Source of the DNA: Mobula birostris
Lineage: Eukaryota
DNA: 64,000 nt
Assembly (NCBI RefSeq): GCF_030028105.1
Contig: NC_092384.1
Span: 3,453,665 to 3,517,664, forward strand
Reading direction: 5' to 3'
Shown piece by piece: positions 37,431 through 50,299 of this stretch. A program made the position numbers and the translations under genes. The first letter of the stretch is position 1; each line of letters opens with the position of its first letter. The notes under the pieces were generated by a model, which was not told where the DNA came from, did no database searches, and worked only from the letters and a program-made list of their open reading frames with translations.

Positions 37431-38802
37431 GGTGAAGAATTTCATTAAAAGAACACCTCTCCAACTGTTAAGAACGGGGGTGAATCGATCACGCTTAGGG
37501 TTTGTGTTGCAGCCAGTGGCATGGGGAACATTTCACTGGTAGGGGAGAATGGATTCAATTAAATACCAGCAATTTCTGGAAGGATAAATCACACCGTCTG
37601 TAAAAACAAAAAGCTGAAGATGAAAAAAGTGTGGTTTCTACAACAGGATAATGATCCAAAACACACGTGAAAATCCACAATGGACGATATCAAGAGGCGC
37701 AAACTGAAGGTTTAGCCATGACACTCACAGTCCCCCGACCTAACCATTATACAAAATACCTGGATAGACCATAAAAGAGCAGTGTATGTAAGACAGCCCG
37801 AGAATCTCACACAGCTAGACGCTTTTTTTGCAAGGAAGAATGGTCGAATTTCCCCCAAACAAAAATTAAAAGACTCTTAGCTGGATACATAAAGCTTTTA
37901 AAAGCTGTGGTACTTGCCAAAGTCGTTGTTACGAAGTAGTCACCATACAGGGTGCCCAAAAATTTTCTTCGGGCCCTTTTCCTTTTTTCTGTCATTTTAA
38001 AACTGTAAAAGATAGAAATAAAAAGGGAATCTTGCTTAAAATATTAAATACATGTTTCATCTTTAACGTTATGCCTTTTGGAAATCAGGTCATATTTTGC
38101 TCGCAAAGCTATTCACAGTAACATAGAAACATGGAAACATAGAAAATAGGTGCAGGAGTAGGCTATTCGGCTCTTCGAGCCTGCACCGCCATTTATTATG
38201 ATTATGGCTAATCATCCAAGTCAGAACCCTGCCCCAGCCTTCCCTCCATACCCCCTGATCCCCGTAGCCACAAGAGCTATATCTAACTCCATCTTAAATA
38301 TAGCCAATGAACTGGCCTCAACTGTTTCCTGTGGCATAGAATTCCATAGATTCACCACTCTCTATGTGAAGAAGTTTTTCCTAATCTCGGTCCTAAAAGG
38401 CTTCCCCTTTATCCTCAAACTGTGACCCCTCGTTCTGGACTTCCCCAACATCGGGAACAATCTTCCTGCATCTAGCCTGTCCAATCCCTTTAGGATTTTA
38501 TACGTTTCAATCAGATCCCCCCTCAATCTTCTAAATTCCAACGAGTACAAGCCCAGTTCATCCAGTCTTTCTTCATATGAAAGTCCTGCCATGCCAAGAA
38601 TCAATCTGGTGAACCTTCTTTGTACTCCCTCTATGGCAAGGATGTCTTTCCTCAGATTAGGGAACCAAAACTGCACACAATACTCCAGGTGTGGTCTCAC
38701 CAAGGCCTTGTACAACTGCAGTAGTACCTCCCTGCTCCTGTACTCGAATCCTCTCGCTATAAAAATTTTGACCAAGGGTGCCTAAAATTTTGCACACCAC
38801 TG
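37431..38802 (+). mobile_element. Tc1/mariner transposon, 3' half, with a CR1 in its right TIR
   Basis: Encodes GEEFH*KNTSPTVKNGGES and LQQDNDPKHT. The TIR ends ...ttttgcacaccactg followed by TA at 38803-38804. Confidence 0.85.
38124..38760 (-). mobile_element. CR1 3' fragment (young subfamily)
   Basis: ORF 38362-38775 encodes the ORF2 C-terminus; (catagaaa)n tail. Confidence 0.9.
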
Positions 38803-38849
38803 TACATCCACGAACTGAATAAGCATTTTTCATCAGTCTTCACTGGGGA

Positions 38850-40950
38850 AGACACTAGCACAATAGTAGATATTCCATGTGTCAGTGAGCATCAAGTGTG
38901 GGGAGTTACGATAACTAGAGAAATGGTTCCTGGGAAACTGGAAGGTCTGAATGTAGACAAGTCATCTAGACTAGATAATGTTCATCCCAGAGTTCTGAAA
39001 ATGATGGCTGAAGAAATCGTGGAAGCCTTAGTAATGATCGTCCAGGAATCCATTAGATTCTGGAATGTTTCCGGAAGACCGGAAACTTTCAAATGCCACT
39101 CCACTCTTCAAGAAGGGAGAGGGACACAAGAAAGGATGGTGTCAAGTTAGTCTCAACTCAGTGGTTGGGAGGATGTTGGAGTCGATTAGCAAGGATAAGT
39201 AACAAGGTACTTGAAGGCATATAATAAAGTAGGCCATAGACAACATCGTTTCGTCAAAGGAACATCTTGATGGACAAATCCATACATGAGCTGCATCTTC
39301 ATTCTTTCTTCAGCCACTTGGTGAATTTCACACGTATAAGATATTTTTCAGAAGTCTTTTTACAAATGGTCTAAAACTTCTGTAGCTACCGTTCCCAAAT
39401 TCTAGTAGTCAATCTTCCTCTCCCAATTACCAATTACTGTACGGAATAACTCTCCACATCATCGCCAGATCGTCAATTCCGTTGGCAGACTGCTGTGGCC
39501 TCATCACTAACGTCTCCAAACACATGCAGTTAGCGAGAGTTCACTTAAACACCTTGAGCAACTACGTGTGCGTGTAGTACAGACATCGGATTACCAACGC
39601 ATCAATGTCCCAGTGATTCCGGAAAACGGCGGCTCCCCGGGTAGAGGCAAGGGGCCTTCTACGAGCAATTTCTCCCAGGTCCCTCGTTCCAGCAACATAG
39701 CCCGTCTCAGTCTTTCGGTACTCCTCCACGCTCTGCCGGTTCTACACGCACAGGAGGCTCTCGTGGACCCGATTCTGTTTATGGAGTTTGGACCCTAAAG
39801 AACTTACCTCTCATACATATAGATTTACGTGGATAGGGGGTTTGCTGTTTGGCAGTAAACACAGAGTGGGAATAAAGGGATCCGATTCTGGTTGGCTGCC
39901 GGTTACCAGTGGTGTTCCACATGGGTCCGTGATGGGGCCGCTTCTTTTTACGTTGTACCTTAACGAATTGGATAATGTAATAGAAAGCTTTGTGGCTAAG
40001 TTTGCTGATGACACGAAGATAGGTCAAGGGGCAGGTAGTGCTGAGGAAACAGAGAATCTGCAGAGAGACGTGGATAGATTAGATGAATGGGAAAAGAAGT
40101 GGGAAATGAAATACAATGTTGGACAGTGTATGGTTCTACACTTTGGCAGAAGAAATAAAAGGACAGACTATTATTTAAATGGGGAGAAAATTCAAAGTTC
40201 TGATATGCAACGGGACTTGGGAGTCCTCGTGCAGGATACCCTTAATGTAAACCTCCGGGTTGAGTCGACGGTGAATAAGGTGAATGCAACGTTAGCATTC
40301 ATTTCTAGAGGAATAGAGTATAGGAGCAGGGATGTAATGTTGAGGATCTATAAGGCGCCTGTGAGACCTCAGTTGGAGTACTGTGGGCAGTTTCGGTCTC
40401 CTTATTTAAGAAAGGATGTGCTGATGTTGGAGACGGTACAGAGAAGATTCACTAGAATGATTCCAGGAATGAGAGGGTTAACATATGAGGAACGCTTGTC
40501 CACTCTTGGATTGTATTCCTTGGAGTTTAGAAGAATTGGGGAGGGGACTCACAGAAACATTTCGAATGTTGAAAGGCATGGACAGAGTGGATGTGGCAAA
40601 GTTGTTTCCCATGATGCGGCGGGGCGGGGTCTAGTACGAGAGGACATAACTTAAGGGTTGAAAGGCGCCCATTGAGAATAGAGATGCGAAGAAATTTGTT
40701 TTAGCCAGAGGGTGGTGAGTCTACGGAATTTGTTGCCACAGGCGGCAGCTGGAGGTCAAGTCCTTGGGTGTATTTAAAGACAGAGATTAATAGGTATCTG
40801 CGTAGCCAGGGCATCAAATGTGATGGTGAGAAGGCGGGGTTGTGGGACTGAATGGGAGAATGGATTAGCTAATGATAAAATGGGGAAGCAGACTCAATTG
40901 GCCAAATGGCTGACTTCTGCTCTTTTGTCTTATGGTTTTATTTTGTGTGT
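38850..40950 (+). mobile_element. Two CR1 fragments (38850-39270 degenerate; ~39800-40950 RT to 3' end)
   Basis: HPRVLKMMAEEIVEAL in the first. ORF 39788-40654 in the second has GVPHGSVMGP, FADDTKIG and RPQLEYCGQF. Confidence 0.8.
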
Positions 40951-41706
40951 GTTGCTTGAATTTCCAGCATCCGTAGATTTCCTCGTGTTTGGTGAAAATT
41001 CGGTATTTATTTTCATTCTGTATGCAACTGAAAATTAAACGGAAACAGGACTGCGTTTTTAGCTTGGTGATGCCTTGATAATTTGCAGAATTAATCCATA
41101 AATTTCCTGCAGTTGATTCACTTCAATAAAGCCTTTGCTCCAAAACGTTAACTTCCTTTTGTTCTCTACATGTACTGCCTAACCTGGTGACTACTTCCAA
41201 TATTTCCCATTTTACTCTATGTACAGACAATTCTTGTTTTTTTCTGTAATCGATGTTTAAGTCTCCAGGTACATATCAATAATATAATCATGTCAATGCG
41301 TCCAGTAAACACTTCTATATTACTTGCATCAAGTAACTGGAGGTTCGGCTTTTAGAAATATATGGTTTAGTTGTTTTACTTTTCCTGAAATATCAAGATA
41401 GAAAATTAAGCAAATGACGCCGGACACTTGGTGTGTCTCATTATTTTAGTTGTTGAATTTAATAATATGTATATATATATATTTTTTTTTCTACACAATA
41501 GTGCAAGACAACAAATTGTCAGTTCGTAAATATTTCAAACCTGTTTAGAGTGAATTATCTAAAATAAATACAAAACCTGATTATCTTCAGAGTATTGGTT
41601 AATAATAACTTGCTGAGCACGTAATGTCTGAGGAAATGAAATGGCGGAAAATATGTGCATGTTGTACGGTGCTTGGAAAATATGTGTCTCATTTACGTGA
41701 TTATAC

Positions 41707-43725
41707 GATTTCATACTTCACTTTATTGTCGCCAAACAATTAATACAAGAGCGTACGATCATCACAGCGAAATTTGATTCTGTGCTTCGCTCTCCCTGGA
41801 GTACAAGTCGGTAGTAAATATTATAAATTTAAATTATAAATCAGAAATAGAAAATAGAAAAGGGAAAGTAAGGTAGTGGAAAAAAAAAAAACTGAGAGGC
41901 AGGTCCCCATATTTGGAAGTTACGGCCCAGAACCGGGTCAGGATCCGTTCAGTAGTCTTAACACAATTGGAAGGAAGCTTTTCCCAAATCTGGCCGTACA
42001 AGTCTTCAAGCTCCTGACCCTTCTCCCGGAGGGAAGAGGGACGACAAGTGTGCTAGCTGGGTGGGTCGTGTCCTTGATGATCCTGGCAGCACTGCTCCGA
42101 CAGCGTGCGGTGTAAAGTGAGTCCAAGGCCGGAAGATTGGTGCGTGTGATGTGCTGCGCTGTGTTCACGATCTTCTGCAACTTCTTCCGGTCTTGGACAG
42201 GACAACATCCACACCAGGTTGTGATGCACCCTAGAAGAATGCTTTCTATGGTGCATCTTTAAAAGAAAGTGAGGGTTTTGGGGGACAGGCCAAATTTCTT
42301 AAGCTTTCTCAGGAAGTAAAGACGCTGGTGGGCCTTCTTGGCAGTGGACTCTGTTTGGCTGGACCAAATCAGGTCATTTGTGATATAGACCCCGAGGAAC
42401 TTAAAGGTTTTGACCTGTTCCACTTGCGCACCACCGATGTAAATTGGGTCGTGCGGTCCGCTACTCCTTTTGAAGTCAACAACCAATTCCTCTGTCTTGC
42501 TGACTTTGAGGGATAGGTTATTGTCTTCGCACCACGCCACCAGGTTCTTAATTTCCTCCCTGTACCAAAACTCATTATTACCCGAGATACGGCCTGCAAT
42601 GGTGGTGTCATTAGCAAACTTATATATTGAGTTTGATGGAAATTTGGCTACACAATCCTGGGTGTACAGTGAGTACAGCAGGGGGCTGAGTACACAGCCT
42701 TGTGGGGCACCGGTGCTCAGAGTGATTGTAGAGGAGAGCTTGTCCCCTATTTTTACAGCCTGGGTACTGTCTGTGAGGAATTTGAAGATCCAGCTGCAGA
42801 TCTGAGTGATAAGGCCCAGGATCCGGAGCTTAGGAATCAGTTAATTTGGAATGATGGTATTAAAGGCAGGGCTGTAGTCAATGAAAAGGAGCCTTACATA
42901 TGCGGTTTTATTCTCTAGGTGTTCTAAGGAGGAATGTAGGGTCAGAGGGATGGCATCTGCCGTTGACCTGTTGCTCCGGTGGCGAATTGCAAAGCGTCGA
43001 GGTTGACCGGTAGACTGTGGTTGATGTGTGCCATAACCAATGGCTCGAAGCACATTACAGCAATTGATGACAGAGCCACAAGTTGATAGTTATTCAGGCA
43101 TGCCACCTTGCTCTTCTTCGGCACTGGGATTCTCGTTGCCTTCTTAAAACCCGAGGGGATCTTAGACTGAAGCAAGGAGCAGTTGAACATTTCAGCAAAC
43201 ACTCCAGCTAGCTCGCTTGCACAGGCCCGGAGAACCCGTCCCGGACGCCATCCTTGGATTCATTTTCAGGAAGGTCTTTCTAACGTCCTCCTCACTGACG
43301 ATGAATCTCGATGCCACCAGATGCGGTTCATCCAGAAAGAGCGGAACGTTCCTTTTCTGTTCCAATCTTGCGTAAGTTCGTCAGGAAGAGAAGCACAACA
43401 GTTATTGATATTCCCAGCCTTTTCTTTGCGCCCAGTAATCTCATTTAGACCCTGCCATAGTCTACCAGCATCCCTCTGGTTAGCCTGGGCTTCTAACTTG
43501 ACTCGGATATTACCTGTTGACGCCCTTAGTGGCTCTCCGGAGTTCACGCCTCGATTCCGTGTAGCGTCTGGTATCCCTGGAGTTAAAAGCTGCAGCTCTA
43601 GCCTTTAAAAGGGGTATGACCTCATAATTCATCCAAGATCGTCTTGCGAGACACACAGTCCTCTGTGCATTTCCAGATAAAGTCCCTGACAGCTGAGGCA
43701 TACTCATGGAGTTTAACTTCCATTG
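41707..43725 (-). mobile_element. 5'-truncated Rex1/Babar LINE
   Basis: RT and C-terminal fragments ([47 protein letters not shown]). The 3' UTR matches the copy at 50814-53500. Confidence 0.85.
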
Positions 43726-44150
43726 ATGGTCATACGTTACCATAGCAATCAAAGCATTGCTAGAAATTTGAAATAAAACCTCACAATTGTGACAGACTAT
43801 TTATCGAATATGTTTGTAAGGTCTACATCGGAAACTGCACAGCAGTAATAAATTATATGAGCACTTTTAAATTAAACACTTCAATCCATGTGACTAATGC
43901 TATAAAGTACTTGCGTGTTTTTGATTGACATGTATGTAGAGGACCAATTTTTCAAGAGACGTGTCCTTTTTTCGAAATCTTTTCTAGTTAAGGCAAGGCA
44001 AAATCACCAAAAGTAATTAGTAGCTGCTGCCACTGTATTGCGCGGTTTCGAAGTCAAGATTGTCCTGTTAAAGATCGCTATTGATTTTAGTGCCAGCGAA
44101 ATTTTACTCATACAAATATAAGACAGTAAAATTAGACTCACACTATGCCA

Positions 44151-44153
<3 letters not shown>

Positions 44154-44203
<50 letters not shown>
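44154..44203. repeat. (TG)n microsatellite
   Basis: Uninterrupted TG run of about 50 nt. Confidence 0.95.
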
Positions 44204-44212
<9 letters not shown>

Positions 44213-44270
44213 ACGTGCGCATTTCGGATCTGTTTGGAGTACATGGATTAAAATGATATTCAGTCGTTAT

Positions 44271-45096
44271 TTAATGTGAGTAAATATGAAGTTATCCACT
44301 TTGGTGGCAAAAACTGGAAAACAGATTATTATCTGAATGGTGGCCGATTAGGAAAAAGGGAGGTGCAACGAGACCTGGGTGTCACTATACACCAGTCATT
44401 GAAAGTGGGCATGCAGGTACAGCAGGCGGTGAAAAAGGCGAATGGTATGCTGGCATTTATAGCAAGAGGATTCGAGTACAGGAGCAGGGAGGTACTACTG
44501 CAGTTGTACAAGGCCTTGGTGAGACCACACCTGGAGTATTGTGTGCAGTTTTGGTCCCCTAATCTGAGGAAAGACATCCTTGCCATAGAGGGAGTACAAA
44601 GAAGGTTCACCAGATTGATTCCTGGCATGGCAGGACTTTCATATGATGAAAGATTGGATGAACTAGGCTTATATTCGTTGGAATTTAGAAGGTTGAGGGG
44701 GGATCTGATTGAAACGTATAAAATCCTAAAGGGATTGGATAGGCTAGATGCAGGAAGATTGTTCCCGATGTTGGGGAAGTCCAGAACGAGGGGTCACAGT
44801 TGAGGATATAGGGGAAGCCTTTTAGGACCAAGATTGGGAAAAACTTCTTCACACAGAGAGTGGTGAATCTGTGGAATTCTCTGCCACAGGAAACAGTTGA
44901 GGCCAGTTCATTGTCTATATTTAAGAGGGAGTTAGATATGGCCCTTGTGGCTAAAGGGATCAGGGGGTTTGGAGGGAAGGCTGGTGCAGGGTTCTGAGCT
45001 GGATGATCAGCCATGATCATACTGAATGGCGGTGCAGGCTCGAAGGGCCGAATGGCCTACTCCTGCACCTATTTTCTATGTTTCTATGTTTCTAAG
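44271..45096 (+). mobile_element. CR1 3' fragment (young subfamily)
   Basis: ORF 44276-44803; near-identical to 60964-61790; (ctatgttt)n tail. Confidence 0.92.
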
Positions 45097-47399
45097 CCAC
45101 CCTGGATAGTTGTATTCATTAATCCACACAGCCAAATGATGCAGGCACACGTTCCAGGCTCGAAGCATATCTGTCCCATCGTTCCTATAGGCAGGTCAGC
45201 TTGCCAACACAGGAAGTATTGACATCAAAATGAAACAAATATTTAAGGACTGAACACATCAAGCTTGGTAACAGGGCCGGCAGAAGTGCTAATCACATTC
45301 TTTACGAGTAAAAGACTATAAACAGTGTTTACTGAAGGGATTGGTGGAAATATATTTATTTGTTTCTGATGATTATTATTCTGGATGTAAATAAATGAAA
45401 CTTGATTAGTACATCGGTGCAACAGAATCATAGGTAACGAGGACAGTTCAGTCAGTGCATCGCGTCCACGCCGATCATCATCGTTCAATTATACTAAACC
45501 TACACCAACCTCATTTTATTCTGCTCACATCAAACCAACTTCCCACGATTGCATACCAGAACTACTCTGAGTGACACATTTAACATTCCAGTGTTTTGGA
45601 TTTGAGAGAAAACCCTTCTGAAAGGAGGAAATCTACAGGTAAAATATGCAAATTCCACACAAACAGTAGCAGAACTCAGCAGCAGAACCTTTATCGCTGG
45701 AGCTGGGAGAAAACAATACCCGCTACAATACAATGCAATTCACCGATAATGCAAAATTTAGTGTTTTGACCGATAATTCGGAAAGTACTCTGCAGTTGCA
45801 AACCGATGGCCATAAACTGTAAGATAAAAAAATTAAAACTGAAATACATGATACGATGCAGCTTGGAAGGCCGATTAAGCACAGATAATAAAGAATATGT
45901 GTTGTGAAACTAGGAAGGACGGAATAACAGAGGAACTGTGGCTGCATGTTCATATATTGTCGTGTAATAAAAGGGAAACATGTATTAATTACATATACCG
46001 GATTCTGGAATTCACCAGCTAAGATATACAAACAGTTTATTGTAAAAAGTAATAAATTAAGCGGATTATACCTGTCCTCTCACAAATACCAAAAAATCAG
46101 CCAGATGCTGGGAGTCTATTGCAACGCCCACAAGATGCTGGAGGAACTCAGTAGGCCAGGCAGCATCTATAGAGAAGAGTAAACCGGTGACGTTGCAGGC
46201 TAAGATCCGTCATCGGCACGAAACATCAACTATTTTTTTTTTCCATTGATGCTACCTTTAATTTTGTGTGTATTCTGGTTGCAACGTGATAAGAAGCTCG
46301 ATACGGCAATGCAGAAGGCACTGGGATAATCAACAGTAGATTGTTTGAGATAGAAAGTGTCAACTTGAATATAGAGTTTTTAGAAGAATTTGAAAGCTGC
46401 AAATGAGCAGCCGGATGAGATCCGAAGGCAATCATAAAATGAAAAAAAAAATAGAAAATCACTTGGAATGTCTTGCTTACGAAGGCAATGGGAGACTGCT
46501 GAACAAGACATTGATATAGTTAGTCTAGCATTAATGGAGTCCACTGAAGCTCCTGATCTCGTTGTATGATTCTCTGACTGAATTCACCGTTGAACCTCTG
46601 TAAACAATAAGAATGGCACAGCTTAATGTAATATTTATTCAATTACATTTCTGAGAGAACCACTCTCGACTACATTATAGCATATCCAGAAAAAATTGCT
46701 ACGAAAAAAGAAGTATGAAGATACTCGTTTCGCATTCATCCGCATGGAATTATGATGGTTGTGTTGGTACTTTTTGCTGTATTGACGTGGAACGGAAGAG
46801 ATCTGGAGTCATTTTGAAACTGGAGATAGACTCGAGCCTTATTTTCTCTAAATTTCCAACCGTGATAATTTGAATAATGAATGGACATTATTGAGATGAG
46901 TCAAAATTGAACGGATTTTTCTTTTTCTCAAAGGCAAATGTAAACATAAATTAACAGACACCAGGTTTCACTATGTAGAATACATTACCTTCAGCAGCTG
47001 CAGTACCTATTAAGTAATGGCAGATTTTATATTCAATCGGAAACAACCTAGCAACGTTGCGTGATCTTGCAACTCTGTGGTTTAGGCGAAAATAACGACA
47101 TTCTTAAAATGAGATTATTTCAAAACAGAGTAAGCAACTGTGATGTTGCCTTGTAAGCAATGGGTGGAAACCACTGCAACAGTCGAATATGTCACAGTCG
47201 TTTGTCATAAATACAATTCAAAACTAATCAGTATAGTTTGTAGAAAGGAACGGCTGATCCCAAATTGATGCATTTTTTTCAGATTGCATTGGTCACATCT
47301 TAAAATGTTATTTCCGTCGAATTGTTCCTCGTACGCAGGTGTGCATGCATGTACGGTGTAATCAGTATATCTCATCATCTCACGTTCTTGATATTTATT

Positions 47400-47405
47400 A
47401 TTTAA

Positions 47406-47437
<32 letters not shown>

Positions 47438-47498
47438 GGTGTTTGCACAGCTTATTGTCTCTTGCATATCGGGTGCTTTCCCGTCTTGCTCTGTGTGT

Positions 47499-47558
<60 letters not shown>

Positions 47559-47560
47559 AT
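47400..47560. repeat. (ATT)n and (TG)n microsatellites
   Basis: ATT run at ~47408-47436 and TG run at ~47492-47555. Confidence 0.9.
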
Positions 47561-49699
47561 GTGTGCGTGTTTCATGGCGTCTCTATGTATCTGGTGAATG
47601 ATCACAGGAAAACGAATCACAGGATTGTTTATAGTGCCATAAATGTACTTTGGTAATAAGTTTATTTTGAACGTTGAATATAGATGTACTTGCAGGATCA
47701 CTGGCACGTAGCCTTCACAGGAGAAAATGACTTTACCATACTGCGTGCACTTTTACAAGAAGGAACACAAGTAGATCACAAGGAACTGTTCATTTTATTG
47801 TTAAATGATCAAAATTTTTATAACGGTGTTGAACTGTAGTGATAACGATTGTGCTGTTCGTTCAACAACCGAATAGTTGAAGGAAATTAACTTAGTAGAC
47901 GCGGTTATATGAAATTTTAGGCTTCTGCAGCTCTCTCTGATGACAGCTGCGAAAAGAGAGCATGGCGTGGATGATGGGAAAATTTGATGAATTTTGTTGT
48001 CTCCTTGAGGCAATGCTTCCAGTAGATACTGCCGCTAGTAGGGAGACAGAATGGTGATGTATTGGGCTGATTCTCTGTAAGATGCACCTTTTTAAATTGT
48101 ATTTTCGAATGGGATAAGACCATGACTTATTCAATCATGATGTTTTCAAAAGTGTAACTGTAGCCGGTTTTTTAATGTGGAATTGCCAAGTCGAACCTGG
48201 AACAAATATTAATTTAATACTATTTTTTTTTGTGTAAGCGGGGAAGACTGAAATCCAGAAACTGCCTTTAAAGTTGTCCACACTTACTGCGAATCTCCTC
48301 TGAAACCCAAGATTCATATGAATTATTAATGGACTTGGTGGGGAGAGCGTACTCCTGCTACTTACTAATTTCCAATGGTAGTTTAATAAACGACTTTCTC
48401 CTTTTCAATTAGATGTATTACTTAAGAGAGTTCCATCAGTTTTTTTTTTTGCAAGTTGACTGTTGTGGGAAACAATAACTACAAAGCAAGTCAAATATGA
48501 ATGACGTTATTACATAAAAGAGAATATACTGTTTTAAATGAAATATGATAATAGTAGGATACCATGTCGGTGACAACTGTTTGCAATTAGCAGTTTAAGG
48601 TAAGCACCTGCTTGCTGGCTAAGCATATCTTCCATCCTGTGCACAATTTCGTTTCTATTTTTCAGAGGCAACGTACGAATATTGTGATGTCACTTTTGCT
48701 CCGCAGGTATGTACATCGAGGCAACGACCAACGCAGTGTAGTGCTGTACATTTGATATTTGTCAGATCCTATACTGGGGAGCTGACAGAAAGCTTGAATA
48801 TTATGAAACATATTAAATCCGCACCCAGATATTTTGCTCTGTTGGCTTGAAGCTTCCAAAATGCAAACACTCTGGGAACACTGCCTGAACAAAAATAAAT
48901 GCTTCTACTCATCCAATTACAAGGTAAGTACAATATAGCTGTCTTGGCTTCAAGGATGAATATAATCAGACCTATTTAAATATAAAATGCAAACATTCCG
49001 AGTACTTTCTCTATACCTCAAAATATTTTATATACTAGATCGCCCTTCAATCCCTATCCAAATTTATCTAAATTTCCCATAGTTATTACTTTCTAATCCA
49101 GTTATCCTCTCAGTAAAATTGTTTTTCACATTTTTCAAATCTTTTACATCCATCCTTCCTGTAGAAGCGACTACTAGAAAGTACGGTGTTGTAAATTTGT
49201 CAAAAATAATTGCATTTATACCTTTTCAGCATGATTTCCGCAAGATTACACTCAGTGTCCCTACTAATGCAAACAAGCATGTCCTACTCTTTATGCATAT
49301 TGTTGACACTTTCAGAGAGTTCTCGATTTTTAACACACAATACCTCTGTATATCCATGCTTTTGAGCGTCCTGCCATTTACCGTATATTACACACTTTCA
49401 TCGATGCACGTTTATTGGAAAACGTTGCAAAGTAGCATAAGGATTGTTTGCTATGCAACGGTGCCTGGGACTGTTTGGTCCTTTCATTCAGTAACTGTGT
49501 GAGTTGACGAGCATACCCTGTCTTCACATTCGTGTATTAATCTAGAGAGCAGATGCTACAATAGTAGCCCACGTCCCAAATGCATGCTATATGGTTACTT
49601 TAACATTGCAACAGTGTGTTATTGATTATTCGGATTTGGTGGAATGGATGTCAACGGGGAGAGAATAGGACATATTGAATATAAATCAATTTTAGACTT

Positions 49700-50170
49700 A
49701 ATATAGTGGCCTGTATTACCCAGTGGACCGGTGTCCATGTCCATACTGTACGTTTACACGACTTTATCATCTTCCTTGTCTGGCCAATTGACCGCTGGCA
49801 TTTAGGGTAGCAATGAAGATTCTCCATCTCTGGAGGCATTCACAGTATCTTAATCGTGTCAGTAGCTTCTTCTTGGTTTCCTGTCAGTCATGCAAATCCT
49901 GGGTGGAGACTCAGGAATACCGTCATACACCCATTTACAATGATTCTTCACTGTTGCTTTCAGAGCAGCTTCTTTTGTTTTTCATCCAGGTTAGTTAGCC
50001 CTGAGGTGGTGAACCTGGAGGATCGGCGGACCACTCTTAGTCTGCCCTCTACCTTTTGATATGTTTGGTATAGTTGGTCAGACTAAGATGTAAAGCATAA
50101 AACCTTGACTTCATCCAGCCTATAGCTTAGCCTCTTTGAGGCATGCAAGCCTCCAGGACAAAATTATGGA
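49700..50170. mobile_element. Possible RTE-clade relic
   Basis: The minus-strand peptide MPPE...CQRSIGQTRK resembles the RTE ORF C-terminus (MPPER..GKRSxGRPRK). Heavily decayed. Confidence 0.3.
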
Positions 50171-50299
50171 TGTCTCAGAGGAAATGCAGATTGGTGAGGC
50201 GATGATGCTCGCTCCGTTATTGTGAATAAGTTATTGTAAGTCCAATTTTAACTCGGAATTGCCATCTCCAACAACTGATCTACTTCAATATAAAATCTT

